Positions 41,348 through 55,466 of a DNA stretch of 64,000 nucleotides are shown piece after piece. Position 1 is the first letter of the stretch, and every line of letters starts with the position of its first letter. Source of the DNA: Octopus sinensis (lineage: Eukaryota); contig NC_042999.1 in assembly GCF_006345805.1 (NCBI RefSeq), forward strand, positions 121,148,001 through 121,212,000, written 5' to 3'. Position numbers and translations under genes: made by a program. The notes below the pieces were generated by a model. It was not told the DNA's origin, did not search any database, and saw only the letters and a program-made list of their open reading frames with translations.

Positions 41348-42567
41348 CTAAAAAGACAATAAAAAAGCAGTAGTTAAAATTAAATATTCTTTGTTTTTTT
41401 TTTGTTTTGTTTCAGTCACTGAACTGTAACTATAATTAAAAATGCATAGTAGTTATTGTGTGTTTTTAAAGCATAAAGGTAAAACACCAATTATTGAAAA
41501 TTCTTTTAAAAATTCATAAGCATAAAAAATACCAAAGTATATAGAATATATCTTTGATGAACAAAAATAAATATTATCAATTTGTTAGAGTTTCTTATCA
41601 TAAGGAAAAAATGTGTGTGTGTATTTGTGTGTGTGTGTGTGTGTGTTTGTGTGTACAAACCTATGAACAGAAAGACAGACAGATGGATAGATAAAAAAAT
41701 TGAAATTTTCAAATAATGTAAAATTAATAAAAAGAAATCCAACTTCCAATGGATACTAAGAAAGCAAGCTAGAGAAACAACATTTAGAATATTATATTTA
41801 TAGCAGCCTTACAGCATAAATACCTTAACTTCCTTTACAGGTATCTGAACCTTGTACTTAAGACATAACTAGTTTTGTTTTAGTAGTCTATTATAATGCA
41901 TTCCTCCTTCACTGAATTTAGCATCTGGACTAAAAACTAGCAATGAAGAAATAGGTAAGCAAATAATCAAATATTTTCACAAAAATGGTCTCACAGCAAA
42001 AATGTTTTTCCTATGTTGCATATGCAGTCATGGTGTTATACATAATTTAGAAAAGAGAACCTGTACTCAATACTGTGCTTTGCCTAATGGCATAACAGTG
42101 GTGGTCGGAATTCAAACACATGAATTTTATGCCAGTGTACCAGCAGTTAAACCATTCATCTATGAAACAGAAAAACATGCTCTCAAAAACTAATAACTGA
42201 ACTAAATATCTTCAGTAAATGTCAAGAATAAAAACGCCATCAAAAGAGTAAAATTTTATTGAACTCATATTCTTAAACATTTTCTCACTTTTAAATTGAT
42301 CCTTTTATCAATCATATTAATATAAAATTGCCAAATATAAATTTAAAGCTTGATATCATTATAACGCAATGCATTTAGATGCAAAATACACAAAATCAAA
42401 GATTAAGCTTGTGGAAACAAAGAATACCACTGCTAATGATGAAAGTAATGCTACCTATAAATAGAATAAAAACAAATTACAATCGAAATAAATTCAGAAG
42501 AAAAGACTGTATCAACTTGTGTCATGAGTGTAAAAAAACGTTTTTAAAAATAACACAAAAAACTTAC

Positions 42568-42702
42568 AATATCTGTGTAGTATCCAAGTGCTTGAAAGGA
42601 CTCTCTGCGAAAGAGTTTCTCACTAAATGCAGATGTCAGGTATATAAAAAGTACCATTAATAAGCTAATTATCATTTTTGGTACAAACATTGTCTTAAGA
42701 AT
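42568..42702 (-). CDS. Exon H (ILKTMFVPKMIISLLMVLFIYLTSAFSEKLFRRESFQALGYYTDI; TM4)
   Basis: TTCACAG acceptor, GTAAGT donor, phase 0-0. Confidence 0.88.
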
Positions 42703-45700
42703 CTGTGAAAAGGAAAACAAAAAAATACAATTAAAATCTGTACTTATAGAAAATGTTATTACAGTTTGATTATACTTTTCAGATTCACAATTACTTTTAT
42801 GGTATGTGGTCTGAGGTTTTATTTTAACTATAAACACTATTATATATATTTTTATTCATATAACAACAAAAATTACACAAACCTTGATTATAGCAAGAAA
42901 TAATAAAAAACATAATAAATAAAATGTAACAATGATAAACAAATTCAACCCTAAAAATAAAGTTAATGCTAATAAAATTACTAATTAAAAATCACATACA
43001 TCTTATTTTAATTACTTAAGTTTATAAACTGAAATAAATTTAAATGATTTTAAAATGTGTGATAACATAAGGTAAGGAACAATAACAATTCAATATCATT
43101 CAATTAAAACACCACCAGCAAAATAAGCTATTTTAAAGATAGCCCATACTATTCATGAAATAAACAACAATATGTAAACTGAAGATTAAACCTATATCTT
43201 GAACACAGAAATAAACAACAGCCTCTATCTAAATTAGATATACAATTGCATGAAAGATAACTTATATTGAGATTGTTAATACTAAACATTAATGAGATGA
43301 AATGCTGTGCAATAGTATAATAAATAAACCCATAAATACATTAAGCAAAAAAGAAAATTCAAGAGTTAAAGAATGGTTATGTGATATACTCCTAAAAAAG
43401 AAATAGAAAGAGGCAAGTATACAAAAAACAAGGACAAATCCAAGATTTAAAAAAATATATTTTAACATAATAGCCATGTTTAATTACACTCTTAAAATCT
43501 TATTAGAGGTATTAATTTTATCAGTAATATCGAAGAGAAGAAAATAATCAAGAATACCATTATGACTGATCAGGTTATCACTTAATTGAAGTGTTTATGT
43601 TTCTTTTAATTTCCTTTGAAATATGTTGTTATTCTTATTTATCAGATCTTTGGGTTTTTTAATAGATTATTTATTATATATAAGAGAATTTCTAATTAAC
43701 CTAGATAAACTGAAAATATCCGCACATCTTAATTTTGTGGAACATTTTACTTCTTGGCCAATGATTCTACTTCCAATAATAGTCTAGTAACACAAATTAT
43801 CTGGTATCATGACCAGTAACCTTCCAAATAAAGTAACTATTTAGGTCTTAAAATATTGCACTGTTTCTTGTTTTATCACATAACATGGCATGTCCATAGA
43901 GCTCCAGATAACAAGCAACAAAGAAGATTAAAATAAACACATTACTATATTTCTGGATGTGAAAATAATATTCATTGGCTTCAAACATTTTATCAAAGGT
44001 TATCTTAATGATAGACAATGAAACATTCAATCTCCTGTCAAAACAGAGTACAAAATTTCATACCTTTATCTTATTTCTAGCTTTATAACACTGTCACAGA
44101 CCTACTATTGAAATTTATATATTTTATGTAAGAAAAGAGATACTCTCCTTATTTAATACTTTTATATAAATACAAACTGAAAATAACCTCGGAAATTTCA
44201 ACTAATAGTGTAAAATAGGTTCCTAACCAACACGAAACAAGAACTAAGGAATAATAATTCTACATAAAATACTCTCCCACCTCTACAAGCTAAGTCTGAA
44301 GCCAAGTTTAATTCACTTTTGTAAGTTATCTTTTTACATATTATGTGTACATCTTTGGAAAAGATAGATATATCTACTATTTCCTTAACTGATTTTCTTA
44401 AAGATTTCTTCAGAGTAGAAAGAACACTATGCATAGTTTTCTTGGCTTTTTGAGAGGCACTGGAAGGAAGATGGGAGAAATCTAGCCTCAATCTAGAGAC
44501 TTGGTTCAAATGCTAGAAACATACAAGAATTTATAAAATTAGCCACAGAAGAACAAGAGCTGGCTTCCACTTCTCATAAAGAATTATAAATTTTATTTGA
44601 TATATGTTTACATTAACAGATTACAAAGATTTAGTTATTATATGGTGTGGTTATATTTCAGTTTACAAATAATTTATGCAGCATCAATGCTCTTTTCCAT
44701 AGTAAAAAAAAAAGTGCTGACTAAACTACACCAAAGTATTGCAAAAACATATTTAAATATTCAAGTACTAATTTTTGTCATACTTATAACCCACTAAAAC
44801 AAATGCAGCATTCACAAGACATAAAAGAAATTCTATATACAAGTACATGCAGATACATATATATGTGCATATATATTTATAGCCATACCAAACACAAAGA
44901 TTTAAAATAATGTTTTGCAGGTTGTTTAGGTATTGAATTTCCTGCCCACAGCTCATGAGTTATGTATACAAGTCTTAAAGGAATACCAATGAAATGCTCC
45001 AATAAATTTGAACTCATAAACCATAAGCAGGTAATTCAATATCTAAACCATACTATTTTCAGTCAACCAGCAAGAGAATGTAGACAAAATGCTTTAGATG
45101 TTTTCAGGTAATGATTCATTAATATCCACATTTAATTACCTAAGTTATATTTAACTATGTACAGATTAAATAGTTAAAGTGCTGTGTATATATCAGAAAA
45201 TATTTTTAATCAATGAATAACACATTTAGTTACTACTGTTTATATATTGACACGGTAGCTTGTTAATGTATCAAGACATGATTTACTGTATGGAAAAATA
45301 ATGATGATGAAGCAAACACTATGCTTACAATAATCAAACTATAGATTGGAGCATTACATTAATCAGAAATCAATTACATCATAAGGATAAAATTGTAGGT
45401 TAATCCTGAGAAGATGCTAATTATAAATTATGGCTGTGCACCTTTTTAAATCAACTAATATTTATACAGAATTGATTATTGTAGTGAATTTTATAATATA
45501 GAATTAGCACTATTTTATTCTTTTACTAGTTTCAGCTTGTTAGCTGTGGCCTTGCTGGTGCATTGGCACTTTTCCATTACTGTAGACTATGTCTGTAAAT
45601 TTACTTCTTCCAAATTACTGGTAAATAATGTACATCCTTTTCAACAAAATTCCTCAATTGTTATTGGGTATCACAGTTTAAAACCTATGATTGATAAGAC

Positions 45701-46719
45701 AAACAAACTTTATCAACTCTCTCAATAAACAACTATACCCAACACAATATAATCATTATTATTTGAAGAAGAAAATAACATTTTATTTTTATATTAAGTA
45801 TTACTGAATCATACAAATTTAATTGTGCATACATTCCTTGATACATATAGCTGCATGCAAATGCAAAAACATTGAAAAATAAAACAGGCAAAATAAATTT
45901 AAAGAGCAACAAAAAGGAACACCTGCCTAATTTACTTTTTGTAGGTAATTCACCAGAAATATTATGATACTTGGGTTTTAAGATAATTTTTGTGCTATAT
46001 CATTTTTATTTCTATTTCAGTTCACCTCTTACTTTCACATGTTTAAAATTACAGTGGTTAAATCATTTGCATTAGATTATTAGCTCTCTCAGTAAAATTT
46101 ATATGTGAATATTTTCTTGTTTTAAAAATTATTTATTTTGCAAACATGAAGAGAAGACCTTCTTAATCAATGAAGCAGACTAGCATTGAGAAGATCAACA
46201 TCTATAGTAATAAGATTTAAATTCATGACTATTTGCATTTTGTTGTATATAATGCATGTGATTACACATGCAATGTGCATACACATGATTGTATACACTA
46301 TTTGCAGTGCATATAGTTGGATTATGCTTGTATATTGTTGTTTATACAAACTCTTCATCCTGCTTCCCACCACCTGTCACAGACTACTATAAAATTCTAT
46401 CCATTCTGAGGGAATCCCACTCTACACACTGGCTGCACATTACAATATTTAACCACTCCTTACTGTCACATATTAGCATACATTGCTTGACCACTTTGTA
46501 CTGATATCAACTCTTTTGCATCCTTCAATCCTAATTTACTCAATATTGTTACAAAACTTTTCAACCCTCTGCTATTGCTCCCTCATCACACTGTTCCCTT
46601 CTACACTACTCAACTCCGCTTTACTTATTTCTTTCACTTTATATTATTCCTTTGCTATATTCTCTACTCTGTGTACAATATTACAACTAAAGAAGCAACC
46701 ATAAAAAAAAATGTTAAAA

Positions 46720-46965
46720 CCCCTCTCTAGCCTACAGGCTTATTAGGTTAGAGCTTATCCTAGTTTCTGAGGTGTTAAACAGTTGACAGTGTAAGATGTC
46801 TCTTGGACCAGATGCTAGATTATGCCTCTGGTATTCATTTTCAGCTGAACTGAATGGCCTGGAACATCATGAAATACTTTGAAATATTACAATACTGAGC
46901 CCAGTTCAAGAATTGAACCTCCAACTTTAAGATCATGAGTTTAATATCCTAATTACCACACTAAG
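46720..46965 (-). mobile_element. Old SINE-like fragment
   Basis: Reverse tRNA-like B-box (GGTTCAATTCTTGAACTGGGC) and a decayed body. Confidence 0.4.
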
Positions 46966-47785
46966 GTCCTTTACGCTCAATCTAAACAACTACACTTAAC
47001 TAAAAATTAACAGCTTATGGCTACTCAATAAATTTGAGAAGTCATCATTATCGTTAACATGTTAACTGTGACAGGTCCCAGAAATTTGTCATTTGCACAT
47101 ATATTGATTTTCCAGCAACATATATATAATGGCCAAAACTGGACTGAGTACTGTGAAATTTGATTTAAAAGAATGAGTGACAGTGAAAGAGATTTATTTA
47201 AAAAGTAGACTAAAGAAAACATATCAATAAGTGCCAGGCTAATTATCAATGTATTGGGTTTCAAAATTAATATGTCTGCTATCCTGTAGACCAATTTGAC
47301 AATATCAGCTAGTAAAGTTATAACAATGATTGAAGACAATGACAGTTTATACTGAGGTTATTATCATCATCAACAAACATTTGTTTTTGAGAGAAGGTAA
47401 CATAATTATTAAATATTATAATTATTAGAAGGAAACCTATTATATTTGTCACCCAGTTGAAAAAAATTGTATTGTATTGTATGTAAACTAAAATAACTGA
47501 AATCCAGCAAATAAAATTCGGAAAAAGTAGACTTCCTAAATAAGTACAATTCTAAAGAAAGTATTCAATTGCAAATTAGCATATATTTTCTAAAAAAAAG
47601 TGATCTTTGTATTAGAAATGAGTAGCAATATGAGTAATGATGACGATTTACAAACAATATTTATAAATCGTTTAAAACAAATGAATTTTAACATTTCCTA
47701 ACTATAAGCATCTGAAATTCCTTGAGTAGGCTTCCAATTAAATGTATCTATAAACATCAGCTATAACAACAGCACTGATATAAGT

Positions 47786-47823
<38 letters not shown>

Positions 47824-47837
47824 GATAACACACACAT

Positions 47838-48205
47838 AGGCACAGGCATGGCTATATGGTAAGAAACCTGCTTCCCAACCACATGGTTTTGATTCCCACT
47901 ACCTGATACTTTGGGTAAATGTCTTCAACTACAGTCCCAGGCCAAACAAAGCTTTGTGAATAGATTTGGCAGATGGAAAATGAAAGAAGCCTTCATAAGT
48001 ATGTATGTGTGTTATTGTCTCTTCGCCTTGACATTGCCTGATGGTTGTAAATGAGTGTCACCATCATGCAAGCAGTGTCTGTCATTTCCATTCTTCCATG
48101 TCTGGTCATGGGGAAATATCTTTCCTGGAAAAAGGTAAGAGTTGGCAACAGGAAGGGTATCTGGCTGTAGAAAATACCCTCAACAAAATTCTATCTGACC
48201 TATTA
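47838..48205 (+). mobile_element. SINE family C (tRNA-derived), decayed
   Basis: GGCACAGGCATGGCTATATGGTAAGAA..CTTCCCAACCACATGGTT head and TGGCAACAGGAAGGGTATCTGGCTGTAGAAA tail. Confidence 0.65.
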
Positions 48206-48391
48206 GAGCACTTCAAAACGGACACTAAACTAATGATAATTAAATATAAAATCAATTAGCTGGTGAATTCTATATATTACTTTTTCAATTATCGCTCCCA
48301 TATTAGATATTGGAAAAGAACATGCAGACAAAAAAAACTGGTGTTCAGTGTGATATCTTGCACCAACTCAACTGTGTGACATGTGCTTTAC

Positions 48392-48495
48392 CTTTGAGAA
48401 GAATTTGCTTACAGAATGACAACATCTTTTCTTTGCAGATTTACAGCATGAACTGGGTTTTCTATGAGCATTATCCAGAGATGGTAATCCCCGAT
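48392..48495 (-). CDS. Exon G (DRGLPSLDNAHRKPSSCCKSAKKRCCHSVSKFFSK); alternative donor at 48413
   Basis: AAAATAG acceptor after CTCTTT, phase 1-0, bridging exon F to exon H. Two in-frame donors. Confidence 0.75.
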
Positions 48496-48559
48496 CTATT
48501 TTGAAAGAGTAATATTTTTTTTAACTTCAACAATGGCTCAGAAAAACTGGTTTCAAATA

Positions 48560-48693
48560 TTTAAAATATACAGCAAGATAATAATAATGATAATAATAAT
48601 AATAATGATGATGATGATAATAATAATAATGATGATAATAATAATAACAATAATGATGATGATAATAATAATGATAATAATAATAATAATAAC

Positions 48694-48774
<81 letters not shown>
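48560..48774. repeat. (AAT/GAT)n trinucleotide tract
   Basis: Direct reading. It abuts the 3' end of the minus-strand SINE and explains the poly-I and poly-L ORFs. Confidence 0.95.
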
Positions 48775-48775
<1 letters not shown>

Positions 48776-48985
48776 GTTTCAAATTTTGGCAAAAAGCCAG
48801 CATTTTGGGGGAGGAGGTGAGTTGATTACATCAACCCCAATGATCAACTGGTACTTATTTTATTGACTCCGAAAGGATGAGGCAAAGTCAACCTTGGTGT
48901 AATTTGATCTCAGAACGTGATGACAGATGAAACAACACTAAGCATTTTACCTGTCATGCTAACGATTCTGCCAGCTTGCTGCCTT
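48775..48985 (-). mobile_element. SINE family A, CpG-decayed
   Basis: Reverse of the family A head and core with CG changed to TG/CA. Confidence 0.75.
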
Positions 48986-48986
48986 C

Positions 48987-49026
<40 letters not shown>

Positions 49027-49895
49027 AACTTCCATTGTAAATAATAATGTTAATCTCATGGATATTATCAACATTTTGAGAATAAGAATTTTAGCTTCAA
49101 TAAAATAAATACATGAAAAAAATTTTAATTTCATATTTGTTAAATGAATTTTCTACTTGAATAAAAACAAATTAATTTTTCAAGATGGATTAAAGAAGAA
49201 AATTTAGGTTCAGAGTATTATATGATAAAGAGAAAAGTTACAGAAAGAATACACTTCTAGAATGAGCCTCAAAAAGAGAAAATGCACCTGCTTTTATGAA
49301 AACTAATATTTTTCTCTTTCTGTATATCTGAATATACTTAGTTGTTAGTGTCTTTTTTGTGACACCTTGATTGTCAGAAGTATATATTTTTCTTGAATGT
49401 GAACTAACATGTTACTAATTAAGGAAAATGTCTTTACTCAACAAAATTCATTTGACAGAGGCTGATATAAAGGACATCAGTTGAAAGGATTCAAAGCTAA
49501 TTTCAGTTTTGAATCTATAAAAACCATAAGTCTTTAAATTTTTTTTTTATTAAATGGAATTACATACATATATTTTACTGGACTGTTATGTCATTTTTGT
49601 TTTCTAATAAAATATGTTATGCTTCTACTTCTTGATAACTTCAGGAAAATATAATGTCAGAACCAACAACATATAACAGAAATTTTCATTAAATTCATAA
49701 ACATTCTGAAAATATTAAAAGTATTGTTTAAACAGTAACTAATTTTCATTCAATTATCTTGAAACACTGTATTTTATGAACATAAACAAACAGTAATTAT
49801 AATAAAATAATAATTATTTTTGTAGCCAACACAACTATTTTAAACACAAGAAATAGAAATATTTAAGAAATAGCAGAGAATCAAATTTCACATAC

Positions 49896-50249
49896 CTTTC
49901 CCTTCTCTGCAATCAACATAGACTGGATAACCATAAAGTAAGAGCCGGGTTGTTCTCATTATATTTACCATTCGGTGTAAAAACCACATTGCATCAATAA
50001 TGACCATAATACCAACAAAAGTGTAGAAAAGTTGGTTATTGTCTCCTTTTTTTGAAGATTTGTGAGAATAGTCAGTCATATTTCGGTGACCCATTGAATG
50101 TTTATGTTCTGTATAAAACCATAAGTTTCGAGTATAATTTGTTTGCCCTGATTTATTTTGAGGTGGTTCTGTGTAAGTGTTAGTAGGTGAAACTTTTTCC
50201 CTAAAGACTTCTTCAAACCGTGGCAATTTGGGAACAGATAATGATAAAG
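49896..50249 (-). CDS. Exon F (SLSLSVPKLPRFEE...LFYTFVGIMVIIDAMWFLHRM...YGYPVYVDCREGK; TM3)
   Basis: TTTTTCAG acceptor, G|GTATGT donor, phase 1-1, 354 nt open. Confidence 0.9.
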
Positions 50250-50596
50250 CTGAAAAATAAAATAAATGTTAATGTGTTTACCTGTAAATAACAAAATATA
50301 ACATCAAAATTATGAACAACATTTCAGTATCCAGCTGTACAGTGTGTTATAAAGTTAAACACAAAGTGTGGTGGTTATGGAATTCTTCAAATTTTCAAAC
50401 AACTATGAAGGATAAATAACATTATCGAATACAAATAATAATGGCAATATAGTGAAACATGTCACTATTAAGCATATCTAAAGTTTGAAAACAATTAGAA
50501 ACATAAAACATAATATTAATGACTGATTTTATTAAAAAAATATTAATAAACCAAACACAAATTTGTAGGTGAAATCAAGTTAAAAAGTGTACTTAC

Positions 50597-50811
50597 AGAG
50601 AGCAAGATTAGAAATATTAGGTTCAATCTGCATCCACTCTGTATAGGAACGCGTTGCAAGATCGTGCGAATTTTCTCTTATTTGTTGAATGGAAGAATGT
50701 AAATATTTAGCCCCCGTTAACCATCGGTTTTCCATAACACTATGGTAAGTTTGTTTAACATCAAATTGTAAACGTTTCTGTATTATCCGGACATAGTTCT
50801 TGAGACGATCT
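50597..50811 (-). CDS. Exon E (DRLKNYVRIIQKRLQFDVKQ...PNISNLAL)
   Basis: AAATAG acceptor, T|GTAAGT donor, phase 2-1. Confidence 0.88.
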
Positions 50812-53004
50812 CTATTTACATGCACACACAAAATAGATAAAATTAAAAGTGTTTTAATAACATTAACATTTATTCATTAATGTAAATGATTCTTTATTAA
50901 TATTCTTTATAAGTTTTACTAAAATTATTTACTTTTAAGAGACTGCTTCCTGTCTGTCAAAATTATGTAAAAAATTTGGCTTACTTTCAAGATTTTGAAA
51001 TTCAGCTTGCATATGTGCCTGTGTACATGTGCATGTCTGCTTGTCAGTCAGTATTGAAAGACATTTGTCAAACATACATGAGAGTAAAAAATTTAGCAGA
51101 ATATTTTAAGATGTAATCTATTATATGAAGCTAAGGAAGAAAAGAAATTAATTTTACTTCTTTTCGAAATGTCTTAGAAAAACTAGAATGTAAGTTAGAG
51201 CACAATTTAACAATGTATATGAAAGTAATAGATGATTTAATAGACATGTTAGCTTAAGAAACATTATGAATATTTTAAAGTAATTCAGTTTTTATAACTG
51301 GATGCTCTTCCTATATTTGACCACTTTATAAAGAGTTCTGAGTTCATACATACAATATACACATATATATGAATGCGTATGTAACAAATGACATATAATG
51401 ATAACAGATCCCCAATTCAGCTTGTATGATGAGTAAGGCAAGTATTTGATCAATGAAGCTATCACATAAGCGTTGTATTACATTTGTTACCTCAACAGTC
51501 TTAAAGCGACCCTCTGGATGAGAATTACATATAAACAATAAGACCAGTATTTTCACCCAGAAGGTCACATAGTATCTGCTTTAAGACTATGTTAAAGTGT
51601 GATTCAAATATATCCTTGTGCACCTGCATATGAGTATATATGTACAGCTTATCGTGTTGGTTTAGTAGTAAGAGAGTGTGGTGAAGTGTTGGTGTGTATA
51701 TGTGAACACACATATTTACACACCCCACTTACATACACACACAAAACACATATGTGTTAATTCAACTTACGATGAAAGTAAACAAACAAAGTTCGTTTTA
51801 GAAGCATTGAGATGTATTGAAAGATACAGAAATAAATTTTTTTTATTTTCAAGCGCTTGAGAATAAAAAAATTATTTCTGTACATATGTATTAACCTTAA
51901 CACACATATATGCAAACCAGCTTATCTATGAATATTAAAACCAGTCACTATACACATTCAAACATTATACAAACAAATACACACTTTCACACATATACAT
52001 AAATTAACATGACAAACTGCACCTTACACAGCCACATGCAAACATATGCACAATCATATGACAAAACTCTGCACACACATATATCCACTCAATAAATTAC
52101 ACATATACAAGTATATACAAATACATGCATAATAAAATATACACAGAAGCAATTTTTCATGCATAAATGACAAATCAAATATCCACTGAAAAGTATGCAT
52201 TGATATGCATATGAACCACTTCTATGAACAGCCATTCATGTGCATGCACACACACATCTATCAACACAATACTCAAACCTACATACATATGCACACACAT
52301 ACACAAAAGTACACTCATGCACACACACACATACACATCAACTGTATACAACACCTTACCAAATTCAATCTACTCCTGTTTTACAATTCAGAATGACAAC
52401 CACCAGCATTGACCTCCAAATTATTTTTTAATATTTTATTTGAAACAACTACATCCACACACGCACACATTAAGATGTAATAAAGCCCAAATATACACAT
52501 TCATAGTTACAAATACATGCATGATTACATTATGAATCAAATACTAAGTACATATGTACAAAATGAACACACACAAGCTCCTTGCCTCTTTCTTGCAATT
52601 TGAGAAACACACAAACATATAACTAGTCAATGTGACAATAGTATAGCATTAACATAATACAGTACACACATGTATGTCTGGTACACGTAGTGGTGAGCTA
52701 TTTGGTGCAAACATAACATGAATACATACACCATACATCCCTGACTTGACTCCTGATGAAATAGGGTAAATATATACATGTATGTGCACGCATACACACA
52801 TACAGACACACATATTCATAATACAACATTTACTTTGGATAAATTAAATTATACAAGTTTCAATTATAAGATAACCATCCAATTATAATACCAAGTTTTA
52901 AGGCTAAAACAATATACACTAATCAACAAAAATTCAGTACATGAGTTATTGCAGAAAAATTTTATAAAACTAACTATTAATTCGATAAAATAAATGAAGT
53001 GTAC

Positions 53005-53126
53005 CTGTAAACGACTATTCTTTCTAAGAAATCTTCTAGGACGCGGCGTGTGTGATTGCGAATTAAGTTACTAAGATTTTCTTTTGACATAACTTTTTTG
53101 GCTTCTTTTGTCAAATTCCCCTTCAA
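53005..53126 (-). CDS. Exon D (LKGNLTKEAKKVMSKENLSNLIRNHTRRVLEDFLERIVVY)
   Basis: ATTTCAG acceptor, AG|GTACAC donor, phase 0-2. Confidence 0.85.
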
Positions 53127-53501
53127 CTGAAATATAGAAAAAAATTCTTTTCTACAATAAATGGTTAATATAACAGCAGAAATAATTCTCATTAAAAAAC
53201 ACTGTAAAGAGTCATGCATAAGAAATATGGAGGAAGGAAATACATATTTTTTAATCAGATGAGGAGCCAATTACAACGATGGTCAAAAATATTCCCCCAA
53301 CCTTAAGAGGCAACATGAGTCATATTTTGTACAAATTCAAGCCTGCACTCAAAAGTGACTGAACCCTTTGCAATGCCTCTGTGAGGAATAATGTCCATGT
53401 CATATGAAAACCAGTGATCTTAATATTATTCATCTTCAGCTGGAACTTCAGTACTTCTGTAATTTGATGCTAAGGAGAATTGTATGGGCAACTGATAAAA
53501 T

Positions 53502-53590
53502 GATAGTTGATCGTATTGACTCAGGAAGCTCAGGGGATCTCTAATAATTTTCAGGAAATGAATTATTGTCAGTAATAAACAGAAACAAAC
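53502..53590. repeat. 89-bp direct duplicate of 55151-55239 (acceptor plus start of exon C)
   Basis: 87/89 identical by manual comparison. Confidence 0.95.
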
Positions 53591-54017
53591 TTTGAAAGAC
53601 GTCTTTCAAACCATCTAACTTTCATAGAAACAAACTTAATTAATGAAAGGATAGATGTAAAAACAAACAAATGAATGGATACACACGCACAATCACATAT
53701 AACATACATAATGTAAATGCATGCAGGCACACATAATCATATAAGTTATATAAGTATTTCAGTTTAGAAACAGTAACCAGACAGTTATTCAATATGTGTA
53801 ATGTGGATCATGTGTGAACATTGTTTGAGATGATACTAGATTAGGTCTGGAATATGTTTTGTCCTTAGAAAGGAAACCCAGTCAATTAGATACTGTTATC
53901 GTAGTGACATTACTTAGCCCCAGGTGAACCTGAATGAAAAGACCTAAGACCTTTACTCAAAGAAATTTTTGCTACAACTGTTACTCTTAAACTCAAACAC
54001 ATACAATGTACATATAT

Positions 54018-54065
<48 letters not shown>

Positions 54066-54083
54066 TTTTTACTATTTTCTCTA

Positions 54084-54160
<77 letters not shown>

Positions 54161-54249
54161 ATATATATATATATATGTAACATACATACATATGTAGAAT
54201 TACATAATCCAGTGTACTCAAATCTTCTAGTGACAGAGTTATAATTTGC

Positions 54250-54840
54250 AAGAAACTATCATCACTGTCATCATTATTTAATGCTTGTCTGTCATGCTGG
54301 CATGGTTGGATGCTTTCTACAAAGCCAGAGAACTGCATCATACTCCAATGTCTGCTTTGGCATGGTCTCTATGGCAGGATGCAATTTCTAATGGCAATCA
54401 TTTTAGAGTGTACTGAATGTTCTTTCCATGGTACCAATACTACTGAAGTCGTCTAAAAATACTAAGCAGGTTGATGATATAAAGTAAAGTAAATTGAGAA
54501 GGAAAGATTTATAGTTTTATAGGGTGGTAGTAGAGAGAGTAATATTGGAGGGGTATGGCAGAGGAGAAAGGGAAAGAAATGGAACAGTGTCATGGGTTAG
54601 TGACAAAGGGATGGACAGAATGCAAAGGTGGTAAGGTGAATTGAGTAGGAGCATTGAAAATGTGGGAAATGCCAGCATGGGAAAGGTAAATGAGTACTGG
54701 CAGTATCATCTGTACAGGAGTATGTCTGATTGTAAATAAGTAGATACCAGTCATTAATACTTTGACAGAATCCAATGATTGACAGAACCACTCACTGAGG
54801 TACACACGATTTGACAGTGCATGGTATACTGGAGCAGTCC
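54250..54840 (-). mobile_element. Decayed retroelement fragments (RTE-type 3' tail and Penelope-like endonuclease relic)
   Basis: GGCATGGTCTCTATGGCAGGATGC tail-like motif; FTIRHT..C pattern like the PLE linker/GIY region. Weak. Confidence 0.35.
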
Positions 54841-55002
54841 AAGCAAAAACTTGTTTAATAATATTTTACATATGCTTATACATAAAACTGAAGAGTAATA
54901 AAGTTTCTGGAATGCAGTATAAGAAATGCAACAAAAGAGAAACTAAATCTCACAAGTAAAATATACAATTAATAAATTTACAATAATCAAATAGCTACCC
55001 AC

Positions 55003-55189
55003 CTCATTGAGACCTTGTGCTACTTTTTTCATTTGTTCTTCACAAATACCTTTTGTTTGATTAGCTACTGCATGCTGACGTTCCAACTCTGACTGCAAAT
55101 AAACCTTCATTGCAGTCATTTCTAGCTTTGTTAGGCTGGCTTTGACAATAGATAGTTGATCGTATTGACTCAGGAAGCTCAGGGGATCT
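55003..55189 (-). CDS. Exon C (DPLSFLSQYDQLSIVKASLTKLEMTAMKVYLQSELERQHAVANQTKGICEEQMKKVAQGLNE)
   Basis: TTTTATTAG acceptor, GAG|GTGGGT donor, phase 2-0, 62 open codons. Absent from the ORF track. Confidence 0.85.
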
Positions 55190-55411
55190 CTAATAAAATT
55201 CAGGAAATGAATTATTGTCAGTAATAAACAGAAACAAACCTATTTAATATATTGAAGGAATTTTTATTAAGATTTAAAGAAATGACAACAGAAATGTACA
55301 TCTGTTCATGTGTGTATCAATATCCATATTTTCTTTCTTAAGCTAAACTCCCACAGAAAAATATGCATGGTTGAATTGAGCACATTAAAAAATATTTGCA
55401 GTAAACAGAAG

Positions 55412-55466
<55 letters not shown>

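Noticed and set aside
42379-42660. Plus-strand Cys-rich ORF resembling a zinc finger
   Set aside because: It is the antisense shadow of exon H.
45537-47339. Hydrophobic ORFs 45537..45728 (+) and 47025..47339 (-)
   Set aside because: AT-rich intronic frames. No acceptor/donor pair is consistent with the gene model or a second gene.
48533-48820. Poly-Ile/Leu/Asn ORFs
   Set aside because: Translations of the (AAT)n tract.
51344-51728. Possible extra exon between D and E
   Set aside because: It would end in phase 0 and put exon E out of frame, and its acceptor is weak.
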